This document shows, one piece after another, positions 38,585 through 52,376 of a stretch of DNA of 64,000 nt. This stretch comes from the human T2T-CHM13v2.0 reference genome, Homo sapiens. The notes beneath the pieces are model-generated. The model had not been told where the DNA came from. It was given only the letters and a program-made list of their open reading frames with translations, and made no database searches. Numbering within the stretch: the stretch's first letter is position 1; every line of letters begins with the position of its first letter. The DNA is taken from NCBI RefSeq assembly GCF_009914755.1, contig NC_060933.1; one strand, written 5' to 3'. The translations under genes and the position numbers were made by a program.

Positions 38585-38840
38585 AACTAGTATATAAAAC
38601 AGTGATTAAGTTTAGTTTTGGAGTTAGTGCTGAGCTTGAAACCCCACTTACTATGCTTACAAGCTTTGTAACTTCGGGCAAGTTATTTAACTTCTCTAAG
38701 CTGTTCATCTGTAAAATGATGCAACTAATAATTCCTACTTCACAGGGTTGTTGTGAGGATTAAATGAAATGATCCATGTAATGCACTTAGCTGAGTTCCT
38801 GGCACACAGTGTGCACTCCGAGGTGTTAGCTTTTATTATG
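38585..38840 (+). mobile_element. MIR SINE
   Basis: gggcaagttatttaacttctct...catctgtaaaatg...cagggttgttgtgaggattaaatga...cctggcacacag. Confidence 0.85.
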
Positions 38841-40289
38841 GGAAAATTTCACACACTTGAGCATTTTAATCCCTTTCACAGTTCTTCATTTTGTAAGAAA
38901 AGAGACTCAGTGATTTGTCTAGCTGGTAAGTGTTGATACTTGTCTGAATCATGGATCTTTTGACCCCAAATTTCCTACAGCCTGCTTGCTGTCTGTCCCT
39001 CCTTTCCTTCCCCTGACAAAATATAGGCAAGTTCCTGTTAAAACTTTTACTGTTGATATAATTTTACAATTGCATAAACCTGATACTCAAACTTAATTCC
39101 TCAACTAAAATTAAACTCATGGAAACCCCCTGGAAGGTTGCAATCACACACAAATATGTCAAAATGTGAAAGGTCACAATACCAGAATGAGTCTCTAGAA
39201 ATAATTCAGGGGATATGTCAATCTGAAATATGAAGACAGAATTTTAAAAAGAAAATAAAAAAGATAACTTTCTGCGCATACAAAGCATAGACTAGAAGTG
39301 ACAGGAGAAGGGCATAAAAGCACACTTTTCACTGTGTTTGTCTTACTTTAGGGATAATTCACAATTATTTCATTTCATGGCCTAAGGAAACTACAATCTC
39401 TTGCTCGCTCATTAGTATCCATTTTTTCTAGTTATAGAAGCCTCTTATTATTTGCAGCTTTAAAATAATTTTAGTATTTACATTTTTCAACTGGGGGTAG
39501 AGTATTTCCTTTGAGCAGAAGAAATAAGGTAATGTAGGATTTCCATTGGTTAGATACCTGATAAAATTGGTCCATGTCTTTGAACCCTAGACTCTAGTGT
39601 GATAAAAAGATATTTAGGGTCATATTCAGAGTCATTAGAGCCCTGAATTCAGAGTGCCTGCTGCATATCACACCTTTCGCACAAAGGAACCATGTACAAA
39701 TTCAAGGTAGTAGTGGTTCTAATTTAGTCCGTCTATGTCATGATCATTCATTCTCCATCTGGTTTAGGTGAACCCTTCTATCCTTTGCATTTAAGCCTCC
39801 CTAACAGTCACTGACCCAGAAAAGTGAAGCACATAGTTCCAACAAATTTGATGTAATTGTACTGCCTCCTCTTCTCCTATCACTGTCTGTTCTCATTCTG
39901 ACTCAACTCCTGTCCAATTTCTGGCACCGGACTGATTCTCTCCTACTCTTTACATAGTGTCTGAGGAGCTCCTAGCTTTCACGTCACCCTCAAGGATATT
40001 GGCTTTGATGGCTTGGACGTGTTTTTGGCTCTCCCTGGGATATCCAGTGCTAATTGCTGTTCCTGCCCTCCCACTGACTTACCTACCTGCAGCCCAGGAA
40101 GACAAATACAGCAGCATCAGGCAGACTTCTTAGATATCTGTTCCTCTCTCAGGGGATTTCATAATCATTCCTCCCTACCCCATTCACCACTAGCATAATG
40201 ATAATTTCATATATGTATACATAATATACATATTATTATTATATTATTCTTGCATTACTTTGTTCTTTCTTTTTAAAATTGTTTTCTTT

Positions 40290-40650
40290 TAAAAATATTT
40301 ATTTTTAATTGACAATAGTTGTGTATATTTATTGAAGCATAATGTGATGTTTTGATCTACGTAGAAAGATGCATCATTATAGAAAGAGTCAGTCAAGCTA
40401 ATTAACATATCCCTCACCTCACCAACTTAGTTTTTTTATGGCAGGAAAAGTCAATCTCATAGAAACAGAGCATAGAAAGGTGGTTCCCAGCGGCTGTGGG
40501 AAAGAGGGAGGGATGGGGAGAGATGCAGATCAAAGCGTCTACAGTTTCATTTAGACTGCAGGAATAAGTTATTGCACAGCACGGTGATCATTGTTAATAA
40601 TAATGAATTGTGTATTTCAAAATTGCTAAAAGAACACATTTTTAACATTC
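40290..40650. mobile_element. L1MA-type 3' fragment with internal inversion (minus 40290-40440, plus 40448-40650)
   Basis: The two pieces match adjacent segments of the L1MA 3'UTR in opposite orientations. Confidence 0.75.
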
Positions 40651-40827
40651 ATGCACTGCTGTTTTTTATTTTTACATTTTATTTATTTATTTTAAGGTGG
40701 ATGCCAGGGTGTTACTTTGTATGAAGGCAAACCAGCCTATGAAAAGGAGGAGGGATGCTGTGAGTCTAAAATGGCTTGATGGTTCTGCTTTGTTTTATTT
40801 GTATGTTCATTGCTAATACTTTATTAA

Positions 40828-41612
40828 CTTTTTTTTGTATTTTCTTAAACGTTTAAGTTTGGCGTACATGTGCAGGTTTGTGTAAATTATGTGTCATGGG
40901 GATTTGTTGTACACATTATTCTGTCACCTAGGGAATAAGCATAGCACCTGATAAGGAGGTTTTTGATCTTCCCCCTCCACCGTCAAGTAGGCCCTGATGT
41001 CTGTTGTTCCCTTCTTTGTGTCTATGTGTACTCAATATTTAGTTCGCACTTATAAGTGAGAACATGTGGTATTTGTTTTTATGTTCCTATGTTAGTTTGC
41101 TTAGGATAATGACCTGCGGCTCCATCTATCTTGCTGCAAAGGACGTGATTTTGTGTATTTTTTTATAGCTGCATAGTATTCCGTGATATATATGTACCAT
41201 ATTTTCTTTATCCAGTATATTGTTGATGGGCCTTTAGGTTGATTCCATACCTTTTCTATTGTGAATAGTGCTGCGATGAACACAGGCATGCATGTGCCTT
41301 TGTGGCAGAACGATTTGTATTCCTTTGGTTATGTACCCAAAGATAAGATTGCTAGGTCAACTGGTAGTTCTGTTTTAAGTTCTTTGAGAAATTGTCAAAC
41401 TTCTTGTCATAATGGTTGAACTAATTTACATTCCCTCTAGCAGTGTATAAGCATTCCCTTTTCTCTGCAACCTCACCAGCATCTGTAATTTTTTGATTTT
41501 AAAAAACAGCCATTCTGACTTGTGTGAGATGGGTATCTCACTGTAGTTTTGATTTGCATTTCTGTAATAATTAGTGACGTTGAGCATTTTTTCATATGCT
41601 TGTTGACTGCCA
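40828..41612 (-). mobile_element. L1 3' end (about L1PA15/16) including ORF2 C-terminus remnant
   Basis: ORF 41101-41289 FIAALFTIEKVWNQPK...WIKKIWYIYITEYYAAIKK matches the L1 ORF2 C-terminus. gtacatgtgcaggtttg 3'UTR motif. Confidence 0.9.
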
Positions 41613-41704
41613 TTGCTCTTTTTAAATCGCCTTTTTAAAAAACATAAAATCTGTATGTGCAGTGATTTACACATTTATACATTTTTCATTCTGAAATTAT
41701 AACA

Positions 41705-41885
41705 TAGTAATGAATACTTCTATAGATTTACTATGTGCCAAGTACTATTTCAAGCACTTTATACATATCAAACTCATTTAATATTTAAAATTACCGTTAT
41801 CAGGTAGGTAATATTGTCTTCATTTTACAGATGAGATAACTGAACTATGGAGAAATTAAGTGATTTGTAAAAGGTTACCAAATAC
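41705..41885 (-). mobile_element. MIR SINE
   Basis: tttactatgtgccaag...cattttacagatgagataactga. Confidence 0.75.
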
Positions 41886-42129
41886 TATTAAGTGAAAGTC
41901 ACATAGCATTCTAATTATTGTATATTAGTGCATTAAATCTATTCAATCATTGATGACATTGACCCTCCTTGGTTGACGTGGTTCTGGGTACAGAATTCAG
42001 TAACAATGAAAGATGTTTTTTTCTACAGTTTCTTCTTCATTTCTCTGAACTCATTTCCCCATTGAAATATCATTCTTCCCCTCAAAGCCCAGTTCTTTTA
42101 TTGTCTTCTCAGGAGAAAAACAATGCTAA

Positions 42130-42700
42130 TAGAGAATGTTTAATAAAAAGTATCATGACTCAGAAGAAGAAATGTAAATGCTTCATAAACATATAAAACA
42201 ATGCTCAACCTTAATGATAATCAGGAAAATGTAAATAAGGCAAGACAATATTTTTCACCTAAAAATTGGCAAAATTTTGAAAGATTGATAGCCATGAAGT
42301 TACAGAGTGAAATGTTCCATACATGCTTTGCTGCTGGATGTACAAATTGGTGCAGCCTTTTTGGATGACAATTTGGCAGCATCTAATAAAAACTTACATA
42401 TGGATAATCTTCAAAGCACCAATCTAGGTATCTAACATAGAGAAGTAATCAGAAGTAGAAGGTAATAGAAGGTAAATAGAAAGATGTGTGCCAAGTCATT
42501 AATAATAAGAGAAAATCCATCAATTGGTAATTATTTGAATAAATTATGGTGCTCACATCAGTAGAACACCATGTGTTTCACAATTTCAAACAATCAGATA
42601 AATATACACATGTGCTAACATTTGAAAATCCACAAGATACACTGTAATTTGAAAAAGCAAATTTTAGAAAGATAAATAAAGGCATCAGTTTAGCTAAAAA
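42130..42700 (+). mobile_element. Old L1M (L1ME-like) fragment
   Basis: atgctcaaccttaatgataatcaggaaaatgtaaat...tacaaattggtgcagcctttttgga...aaattatgg. Confidence 0.65.
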
Positions 42701-45700
42701 AGAAACACAACATTATGAACTTCTACATGGACATGTATGCCATACACATAGACACCAAATGGAGTAGTAGCTGAAACTTGCTTTATCAAATTATAATTTT
42801 CCAAGCCCTAAGTCCCACTGTTTTTATCTATATTGCTCCGCTGCCTAGCTTGGCCTTCTAAATGTTGAATCTACTATTTTCCCTTTACCTGGCTATTTTA
42901 TCTGAATGCCAAATAGGCTGAGCCTTGGACTCCGGATGTTCCAGTGGTCTATTTAATAGTTTTCAATGTTCCTGTAGAGAGCTCATTGATAGCCACTTTG
43001 ATTGTCCATGATATTGTGTTTCTGACCTCAGGACAAACCATGATTCTAAAGTAGACCAGGCAGGCTTCTGAATACTGTGAACTTCCAGAAACTATTACAA
43101 AGGAACTCAAGTACTTGGGAAAGGAAGGAGCAGTCAACTGAACTGGACAGGTATGGGAACTAAATAGCTGAGAAAAAAACAGTGTAGGAATAACGTCAGA
43201 TGTGTTTTCCAGGTTCCAGGCCAGACATTTCCTGGGAAAAAGCTGGAAACACAGTGAAAAGCTGGAGACATTGATGAGAAAAACACAAGAAATGTTTATG
43301 GTAATTAAAAACCAGAATATGGGACATGGTTGCTAAAGTGACTTAAGTAATTCTAAATGACACACGTGTTTCCCAGACCAAGTATGATCATGACACACTT
43401 TTACAGGCATTGTCATAATTTTATTGTTGCCATTGAGTCCTCCATTAAATGTTCTCCTTTTTCTCCCCTTCTCTCAATATGATGACCAATTTTGGCTTTG
43501 TAGCAGTAGTATTTTTGTACTGAAGGCCTCATTGCCCACAGGCCTCCTTTTTATTCTGTAGGCACTGGAATCAGTCCAGTTGCTCCTGAGAATCTATTAT
43601 TATGGAAGCAGAAGGAAGACGTGACAGCATCATCTTATTGGGCTTGGTATAAAAGGAGCAGGAAGAGCACTGGCTGTAAAAAGATGTACTACAACCTTTA
43701 ACACTATGCGTTTATCTTGCACACTAGGGAGTATTTTGAAATCCTCATACTGCTCAGCTATCCTAGAGAGATTGTAGGGAAGGGTTGTCATCCATTCCTG
43801 AGTTGCATGGATCTAAATAGATCCAACTGTATTTCTCCGGAGAGAGCAGTATGATCTCCAACAGCTGATATGATGGTGGCTGCAGAAGTCCAAAGGTGAG
43901 ATCCAAGAGGGAAAGGTAGAACTTAAGGAGAACCTAGTTGTAATCACTGATCCTGTTTGGACATTTTTTTCCATAGGTAAGCTCTGGAGGTTCTGGGCCT
44001 AGTTTAGGAAACAGTTTTCAGATATAGCTATCTTTAGCAGTAGAAATCACCTCACTTTGGGGGCTGTTGAAACAGAGGCAGGATGATTGCCTCTCAAGGT
44101 GTTATGGAGAAGACTTAGGAATCAGATAAAATGGAAACCCTAGATGATGCCACAGGGAGACCTGAAATCTCAGAATTTAGAATCATCAAGTTCTCAGTGT
44201 TAGTCAAAAATCATATAGAGTTGTCAAATATGGTGTAGTATATTTTGAATTTTTGGAGAAAGCAATGCAATATACCATTAACTTGGGTAGTAGATCCTAG
44301 GCTAATCATTAATTGAGTTCTATTACCCTAAAATCTCCCAAGCAACCAAATTCAATAGTGACAAAGGATTATTCATATGATGTCTTCTTAAATTGTGAGG
44401 GTCTTATTCTTATAAAATAATTTTTAAAAATCAGTATACATGCCAATGTCCAATAAAGATATTCTTCGTACTCTTCAGAACTAGTAATTTCAGAACAATT
44501 ATGTGTCAAATATCTTCACATTTTTCTGTATGATCTTTAAAATAACCAAAAGTGTTTAAAACCAGGGCACTCATAATATTTGTTTTTCAAGCTACAGTCA
44601 TTGAACTTTGCTTTCTTCTTTGTTTAAATTTATAAGACTTGGCCCAAAACCCAAGTCTCTGGGTGCGCATGTTAACACGACTTGGAGGCAACAGAGTGTT
44701 TAGAAACCATAGTGATGCGTGTTGTTAAAACAGATTTTTAAAGTAATAACAACTCTTGAACTTGAGCTCTACTGTTGCAAAAGCTTGATTAAAAAGAAAG
44801 CATTTGTGGTTTGAAAATCAACTTATTATTTGCCCTCTAAGGATAATGAAGAGAAGCATTCAGCATAACCAACCAAAAATCTTCCAAACTTAATAGAATT
44901 CAATGAGAGCAAAACAACAGTTATGCAATCTATAACATTCCTGGAAATTTAAAAACAATAAACATTCATTGTTTTTATGAAATAGAACTCATTTGGTCAT
45001 TCCCTCTTTGTCCTAATTGTTTCTATCATACATTTACAGGATCATTTTCAAAGGCAATCAGGGAAATAAAAATGATTTTGTAGCCCCCCACTAGGAGACA
45101 TCTCATTTTAGCCTTGATTCAATTATAATGTGAGTCAAATAATTTGCTTTTTTTTTCATAGTTTATGTTGTAGCTTTCATAATATAATGTAAAAAGCCTC
45201 CAAATGCTTGGCTGGGTTCTTCACTATGATGTCATATTTGTAGTCCAGAGGCAATATTACTATTAATGACAATGATAGTTAATATTTATTGACTACTTAC
45301 TATATGCCTATTACTCTCTATAGAATACATATACAGACACACACACACACACACATGCATATTGTGTCAGAAAAACGCTATTAAAGAAATTTAGTGCTTG
45401 ACTGTTTTGAGTTAGTATTGAGTTAGTAATCTGAAAAATACCCTCTACTTACCATTATCTCCATTTTTTTTTTTTTTGGTGGTGGTTTGACCTTTACTTC
45501 ATCACTTCTATGTCCTTTCTGTTCAATATTTCCAAAATGGCTACCCAGTTGATCACTTCTTTGATTTGAGCAATTGGTTCTTTGGTAGTGGCCTCTACCT
45601 TGACTAAGGTTTTCTCCTTGAGATTTCTTTCTCTGAATTCCAGACTGGACTCTCCTTTTCCTGGCTGGGTTCCAGAAGGTTGAACTTATTAAACTTATTA

Positions 45701-46049
45701 TGCTCTAGAAGGTGACAGGACGATGTTATCTACTGGAAGGGATGATGATAGGAATTAGCATGGTCATCACCTTCCATGAACAGGTGCTCTCTATTCATGA
45801 GGACATACAAAGCTATCATGTGCTTATCACTGTCTATAGGTATGGCTTTTCAGTTTTCTTTCTGGATAGACAATAAGCAACTTAAGTTCAGACCATTCTA
45901 TGTTTTCTGCTGTTGCATACTGATTTCCTAGCACAGTGTCTGGCTCAATAAGAAATATTTGCCAAGTTAAGGATCTAGTAGAGAAAAGTAAGGATATAAA
46001 CTTATATTATAGTAAATGATATAAATGATATATAAACAATGATATAAAA

Positions 46050-46357
46050 ACCAGGTGTGGTGGCTCACGCTTGTAATCCCAGCACTTTGGGGGGCTGTGG
46101 CAGGTGGCAGGTGGATCACTTGAGGCCAGGAGTTGGAGACCAGCCTGGCCAACATGGCGAAACCCTTTCTCTGCTAAAAATACAAAAACTAGCCGAGCAT
46201 GGTGGTATACACCTGTAGTCACATCTACTTGGGAGGCTGAGGCACAAGAATCACTTGAACCCAGGAGGTGGAGGTTGCAGGGAGGCCAGATCTTGCCACT
46301 GCACTCCAACCTGGGCAACAGAGACAGACTCTGTCAAAAAAAAAAAAAAAAAAAAAA
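46050..46357 (+). mobile_element. Full-length AluS (AluSz-like)
   Basis: Dimeric Alu with ggatcacttgaggccaggag and a poly-A tail. Small internal gtggcag duplication. Confidence 0.92.
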
Positions 46358-46562
46358 GAGAGAGATGATGCTGAAAGTAGATATTGAAGGCCACAAATAT
46401 CTTTCTCCCTTAATATTTCATAGCAATATGAGGGAATTCTGCTATTATATCTTAAATTTGATGATAATATTATTTTAGGTATAATACCTGAATTACAGTT
46501 TGTGAGTTTTAACTTCTTAAAGTGATTTTACAACCCATATCACATTCTAAAAAATTATTTCT

Positions 46563-46695
46563 TATTTTTTAAAGACAGAGTCTAACTCTGTCATCCAGGC
46601 TGGAGTGCAGCAGTGTGATCATAGCTCCTAACCTCAAACTCCTGGGCTCAAGTACTCCTTCTGCCTCAGCCTCCCTAGTAGCCATGAGTATAGGA
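46563..46695 (-). mobile_element. Old Alu right-arm fragment (AluJ/FRAM)
   Basis: ccaggctggagtgcagc...gatcatagctc...ctcctgggctcaag. Confidence 0.8.
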
Positions 46696-49600
46696 GTTTT
46701 ATAATCATAATATGTTTTTGAAGGAGATAAAGATGGCATTGCTTTCATTTTGCAAATAAAGAAATTGAGGTAAAAAATGTTTAATCAGTACAGATCTTTC
46801 TAAGCAGCCATGCTGTCAATACAATTTATGTTGAATAGACAACCCCTTGGCAGCAATGTTTTTGACCTCAGGCTCTATGCCCTGGGGACATAGTCAATGG
46901 GATTAAGGGATGAGACTAATCCAAAACTCAACCAATCAATAAACTGGCCTGAATGCAGAAGATAAATTGAGTGTATTAGATTCTATCTCTGGAGAATGCT
47001 GAGAGGAAATGGCAGATTCGTGTAGAGCCATGGTTATGAGGGAGCAGAAGCCGTGGATAATAGGCACAAGGACGTATAGAAAAGCTATGGACTGGGGGAC
47101 AGCAAAGCTGGTGGAGAAGCAGGGAGATGCAGGAGGGAGAGAAAGTAGTCAAGTCTTGAAAAAGGCATGAGATTCATACAGCTGCCACAGACCAAGAAAC
47201 AAGTCTTTAGTTTCTGCTGTTCCTGAAGCCTGTATGTCTAGGTTATCATGTGCCACTTCCATTGCCTGCAGGAACTTGAATGAATTGCTGTTTCTGATAA
47301 CAGAAACAGTGGAAGAATGCTCAACCATGGTAGAAGGTTTGATGACCAGCTCAGGGGCATTGCCAGAGCTGGGATGACCTCATGGCAAGCAGGGCTGGGT
47401 ACCTTGATGAGAATCCTAACTAAAAAACTCCATCAAGGAGAAAGTGACAGGTGAGCTACTATTCAGGCTGGGATGTAAGGCTGGACTTGTGACCATGGGC
47501 ACATGAATAGTGTGAGTCCAGCAGTGAGGCCATGCCACTACTCAGTGGGCAAGAGATTCTCTTTTCTGGGTCTCCTCATTCTCCCAGACCAAAAACAACA
47601 GTGGCTTTGGAACCTAGGGCATGATTGAGACTGTTGCTGGGATCTACGTGGATCCAGTTGTATTTCTCCAGTCTCATCTCATCTTCCCTGCCCTTACTAA
47701 TTATACTTTCTGGATGCATTGGATTTTTTTTTTTAATTTCTTAAGTATTGCTCTAATCTTTTTCTTCTGATGATTTTACTCTTTCCTAATTATTAACATT
47801 TACTTATTCTTCAGGTTTTGGTTAAGCATCTTTCTCTTTGAATGTCTTCCTTAACTAATCATTCTAAAATACACTACCCTTTTTAATTTATGTCAGAATA
47901 ATTTGTAGCTTTTACTCAATGCCCATAATAGAGTTTTAAATTGTGTGTTTACTTGTATGTGAAGTGTATGTTTTCCCCCCTGGACCTTACATTCAGGGCC
48001 TAAGTTTTGGCTTAGTAGCTTCTATATGCCTAATACCTAACCTTGCTGGTGCAGAATTAGTTTTTAATAACATCTGATTAATGAATAAATATATACATGG
48101 GAATTAAAGAGAGGCAGGAGTAGGGAGTCTGGCGTATCATTATTAAACCAAGTATTTGTTTTCCTTCAATAGATCATTATGGTTATCTAATGATAATTTT
48201 CTTCTTACTGTACAACTATACTCCATTTTAAGTGATTTTAGTCTCCCTGAATGTCCTTTTTAAAAGATTATCATCAAGGAAATTTCTTTGAGTGAATTTT
48301 CTTGATGTTATGTGAGTGACATATAATGTGTGATAGTATTAATGACAGTCTTAAATTGCTGCCTTTTAAATAATTTTTCAAAAAGCTTTCCAAAAGAAAG
48401 CCCCAGAACATACAATGTCATTTGTAAATTATGTCACTGTTTTCTTAAAAAAAATTACATTTGTTGATTTCAGTTGGAAATCTGAGTATTATGAGCAAGA
48501 GAGACTCAGAAGATTTTATTCCTTTAGAATGACAGTCTAATTCTGATTGCCTAGTTTGTGTTGGCCCTGTAGAATCTAGCATATCATGAACAATTTTATC
48601 CATTTTTCTTATCAGGTTCTATACCAAATTCACAGTTGGATTAGCAGAAGGGAAGGCAGAGATGTCAAAGAAACAGATGCTGGCATTGTAAAAGCAGATG
48701 CTCTATGCTTAATTTTACATGCCAAAAAATTCTATTATTAAAATTCAACATCTGTCTTTTTTAGAGGAATTACATACTCTCAATCAGGTTGAAAGTAAGT
48801 CTTGGTACTCAATTGAAGGCTTTTTTTTTTTTTTAAACTCAGAGTGTTATTCATTTGAAAATCAAGTCAATAAACCAGATGTAAACCTCTTCCAATATTT
48901 AGAAGGCCTTCACAGTGATGTATGAGAGTAGATTTAGATGTAAAAAGTTCTTGTATGAATTGCATCTAATTTTTGCTTCCTGAACACTTCCTTCTCCCTT
49001 GACGAGTCTGGCAATGTCAGGGAAGCTGGTGTAAGACTACCGTTTAGAAGAAAGCACAAAAAGGCAGCCTCGGTTTCTGAGGAACTAAAGTCTGAGCCCA
49101 GGAGGGTTCCTAGAGAGACTTTTGATCAGTAATGAAGGGAGACCTATCTAAGCCTGTGCTTTGAAATCCTGCATCCTTGATAAGGTCAAAGATACAGAGC
49201 TAGCTGCCCTAGGAACCTAATTAAAACCCTCATTCTCTCAGAGAAATTAAACGTTGGCAGGAAGGAAGGCACCAGCAGCTGTCAGGAAGCCATTTCTTCA
49301 AGGACAGCTGCACCTTGACAGCACTTTAAAAGTGTTTTCTTCATCTGCTCTGCGAACTTCTAAAAATCAGTTCTTTCATCTCTGATTTGACAGCTGGCCC
49401 TGAACAACTTGGTGAGTCTATGCTGCTTTTCTTACTTAGGGAACTGTGTTTACACAAAGGACTTCTCATTTGTGGCAACTCAAAGTTGCAATGATTCGAC
49501 AATGAAGCAATGGATGGCCCAGTCATTAGAAGGCAGGTGAAAGGGAAGCATCATATTAATCAAGGAACTTGAGTTCCCACTGTAATGCATTTGTCAATTA

Positions 49601-50292
49601 GACATAGAGAGTTTCAGTGCAGCTCTTCACTTGTTTTTTGTAGGGAGAGGGTTGGAGAATCCCTTTAATCCTAAAGAAACTGGCTGGCAGGAAGGCATTT
49701 AGACACTCAACATGTATTGATTTGTTTTTAGACTTTCTGCAGACTTGGAGGAAAGAATGTAATGCCTCATAGGTTTCCATAATACTTCCCAATGTGGGTT
49801 CTTGTGAGTCCACTGTGATTCCCATCAGGAAACTTCAGGAAGAAATTGCTTTTTATCTATGGGTTTGGAATATAGATATTGAAGCCTGTAAGAAGGATTA
49901 GGGTTTGACACTGGCTAGAAGATGAGAAAATCCTCAAGGCAGCATTCCGACGACAAGAGAGTGAAATAGAAAACTTGTTAAAATGTCAGAGGAAAAATAT
50001 TTCTACTGCAAGGAGCTATCAAGGATATACTTTACTTCTTGCTAAAGACTGAGTTTGAAAATTGGGAAGCATTAATTTTATAAATATGTCAAGACTGTGA
50101 TGCATTTGAAAGAAATCAACTTGGTAATGACTACAGAGGGCAGACTTCTCTCTCAGGACTATTGGAAAGGTTTTATAAAATAATGCCTGTAGATGCCCAA
50201 GATAGCATCTGTTATATAATGCTGAAATCAGTATTAAAAGCTGCAAACAAACAAAAAATTAAAATTAGTTATTACATAGGCATTTCTTTTAG

Positions 50293-50673
<381 letters not shown>

Positions 50674-50950
50674 AAGGCCGACTAATTGTTTCATCCAACT
50701 ACAACTTGGGAGCCAGAGTTAACTGGTGCATAGTGACAGTACCAGCATTTTCTCTAGTATATAAAGAAAAATAGTACAAATGCCAGAAGTCTACATGATT
50801 CTCTGGTCTCTCCAAAGGATAATGGGTTCTAGCAGTTTGCTAGAACTCCCCCTGATGCAATGGAATTCTAGAAGAAGTGGTTAGATCTTCCTACATGAAT
50901 GAGAGAAGGTGTCACAGAGATGCTAGTATTTAGGCTGATATTTCAAGTAT

Positions 50951-51007
50951 GAGCAAAAATTTTCTGTAGGTGTAATAGAGCAAAAATTTTCTGTAGGTGT
51001 AATAGAG
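50951..51007. repeat. Perfect 27-bp tandem duplication
   Basis: gagcaaaaattttctgtaggtgtaata x2 plus a trailing gag. Confidence 0.95.
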
Positions 51008-51044
51008 ATGAGTAAGCAAATGTGGTATGCCCAGGAACCTGCAA

Positions 51045-51550
51045 ATTCAGCTCCTGTATTTGTTCCCTATAATTCACTCTTGATCCGGCAACCAAAGTGC
51101 TCCTTTTAAAACATAAAAGTATTGTTATGTCATTCCTCTGCGTAGTACCCTCTTTTAGCTTCACAATATCAAGCCCTCTTGTCTCTCCTGGTCTACTCTC
51201 CCCCTGCCTACTCCCCTTCTGACACACTGGCCTTCTTTCTGTTCCTTGAAGGTACTGACCTCCTTCCTCTTCAGAGTCTTTATCCTCATCCCCTCTCCTA
51301 GAAACTTCTCCCTCCAAATTATCATTCAGCCCTTTCTGGACCATCTTTCCAATCTTGTTACTCCTATAACATTTTTTTTTTCTGATTCATAGCATTTATC
51401 CTTCTTTGAATTTATTAATTTTGATACTTATTATCTCACTAAAGAGAATAGGGGCATCATCTAACTTTGAGAAATTTCTTGTTGTTAAAACAGACTTGTC
51501 ATATATGATAGATGTTCCACAAATGCTTATTGAGTGGATGAGTGAAGAAT
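51045..51550 (+). mobile_element. L2 LINE fragment
   Basis: cacactggccttctttctgttccttgaa...aaatgcttattgagtggatgagtgaa 3' end. Confidence 0.7.
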
Positions 51551-51924
51551 GAGGAGGTGAATATTTTTGTAGAGCTGAAAAACAGTGGAAGTGTCAGAAA
51601 ATAAGACTTGAGTAGACAGAAACCAGATCATTAGGGATGTATGCTGTGTTAGAAACTTTAGATTTTATTCTGAGAGAGTGTGGAAGGCATTACATAATTT
51701 TGAGAAGGTGGGTAGCATTCATAATAATTACTTAGCTTCTGTGTGGAGGGATGGATTAGGGACAAGGCTGGAAGTAGGGAAATGAGTTAGATGAGTGTTC
51801 CAACATCCTTTGAAGTGGGGATGATGGAAGGAGATTTGCATGGTAGTTGTTTGAGTTGTGAAGTCACTGCATGAGGTAGAATATTGGCTTTATATATTTT
51901 TTATCTGTGAAATCTTGGCAAATT

Positions 51925-52376
51925 GTTTACACTCTTCACAGTGGTTACAAAATGTGCTTGCCATATCTCTGACTTGCAGGGAGGGTAGCAGCCCCAGCTA
52001 TTGTGCTCTGAATCCATCACTGCATTCCCTCTGAGGCCACATTTCCCTGGGCTTTCACTGGCCAGTGACTGAGCATGGGAGGGATACTAAAACAGGCCCT
52101 TTCCTGAAGATGTGAGCCCCTCTGGACAGTGAATTTAGGTTGGGAACTCTCCATCTGCTTTTCAAAACCTTCTTATAACTGCACCGAAGTATTAAGAATT
52201 TCCTATTCAATTTTCCTTTCTTCTCTCCCTCATTTGCAGAAGTGACATCTTCATCTGACACCTTTCCCAGCCTCCTGTGTCTCCCATCCCATTTTCCCCG
52301 TCACAGGTGATTTTCCCAAGAAATCCTTTGCTAATCTTGTCTTGATGCCAGCTTCTGGGGGACCTGAATTGACACA
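51925..52376 (+). mobile_element. LTR16A-like ERVL LTR
   Basis: gccagtgactgagcatggg...tactaaaacaggccc...gcttctgggggacctgaattgacaca. Confidence 0.7.

Noticed and set aside
46050-46695. Inverted Alu pair about 200 bp apart (possible A-to-I editing substrate)
   Set aside because: The partner is a short, diverged old fragment and there is no evidence that this intergenic region is transcribed.
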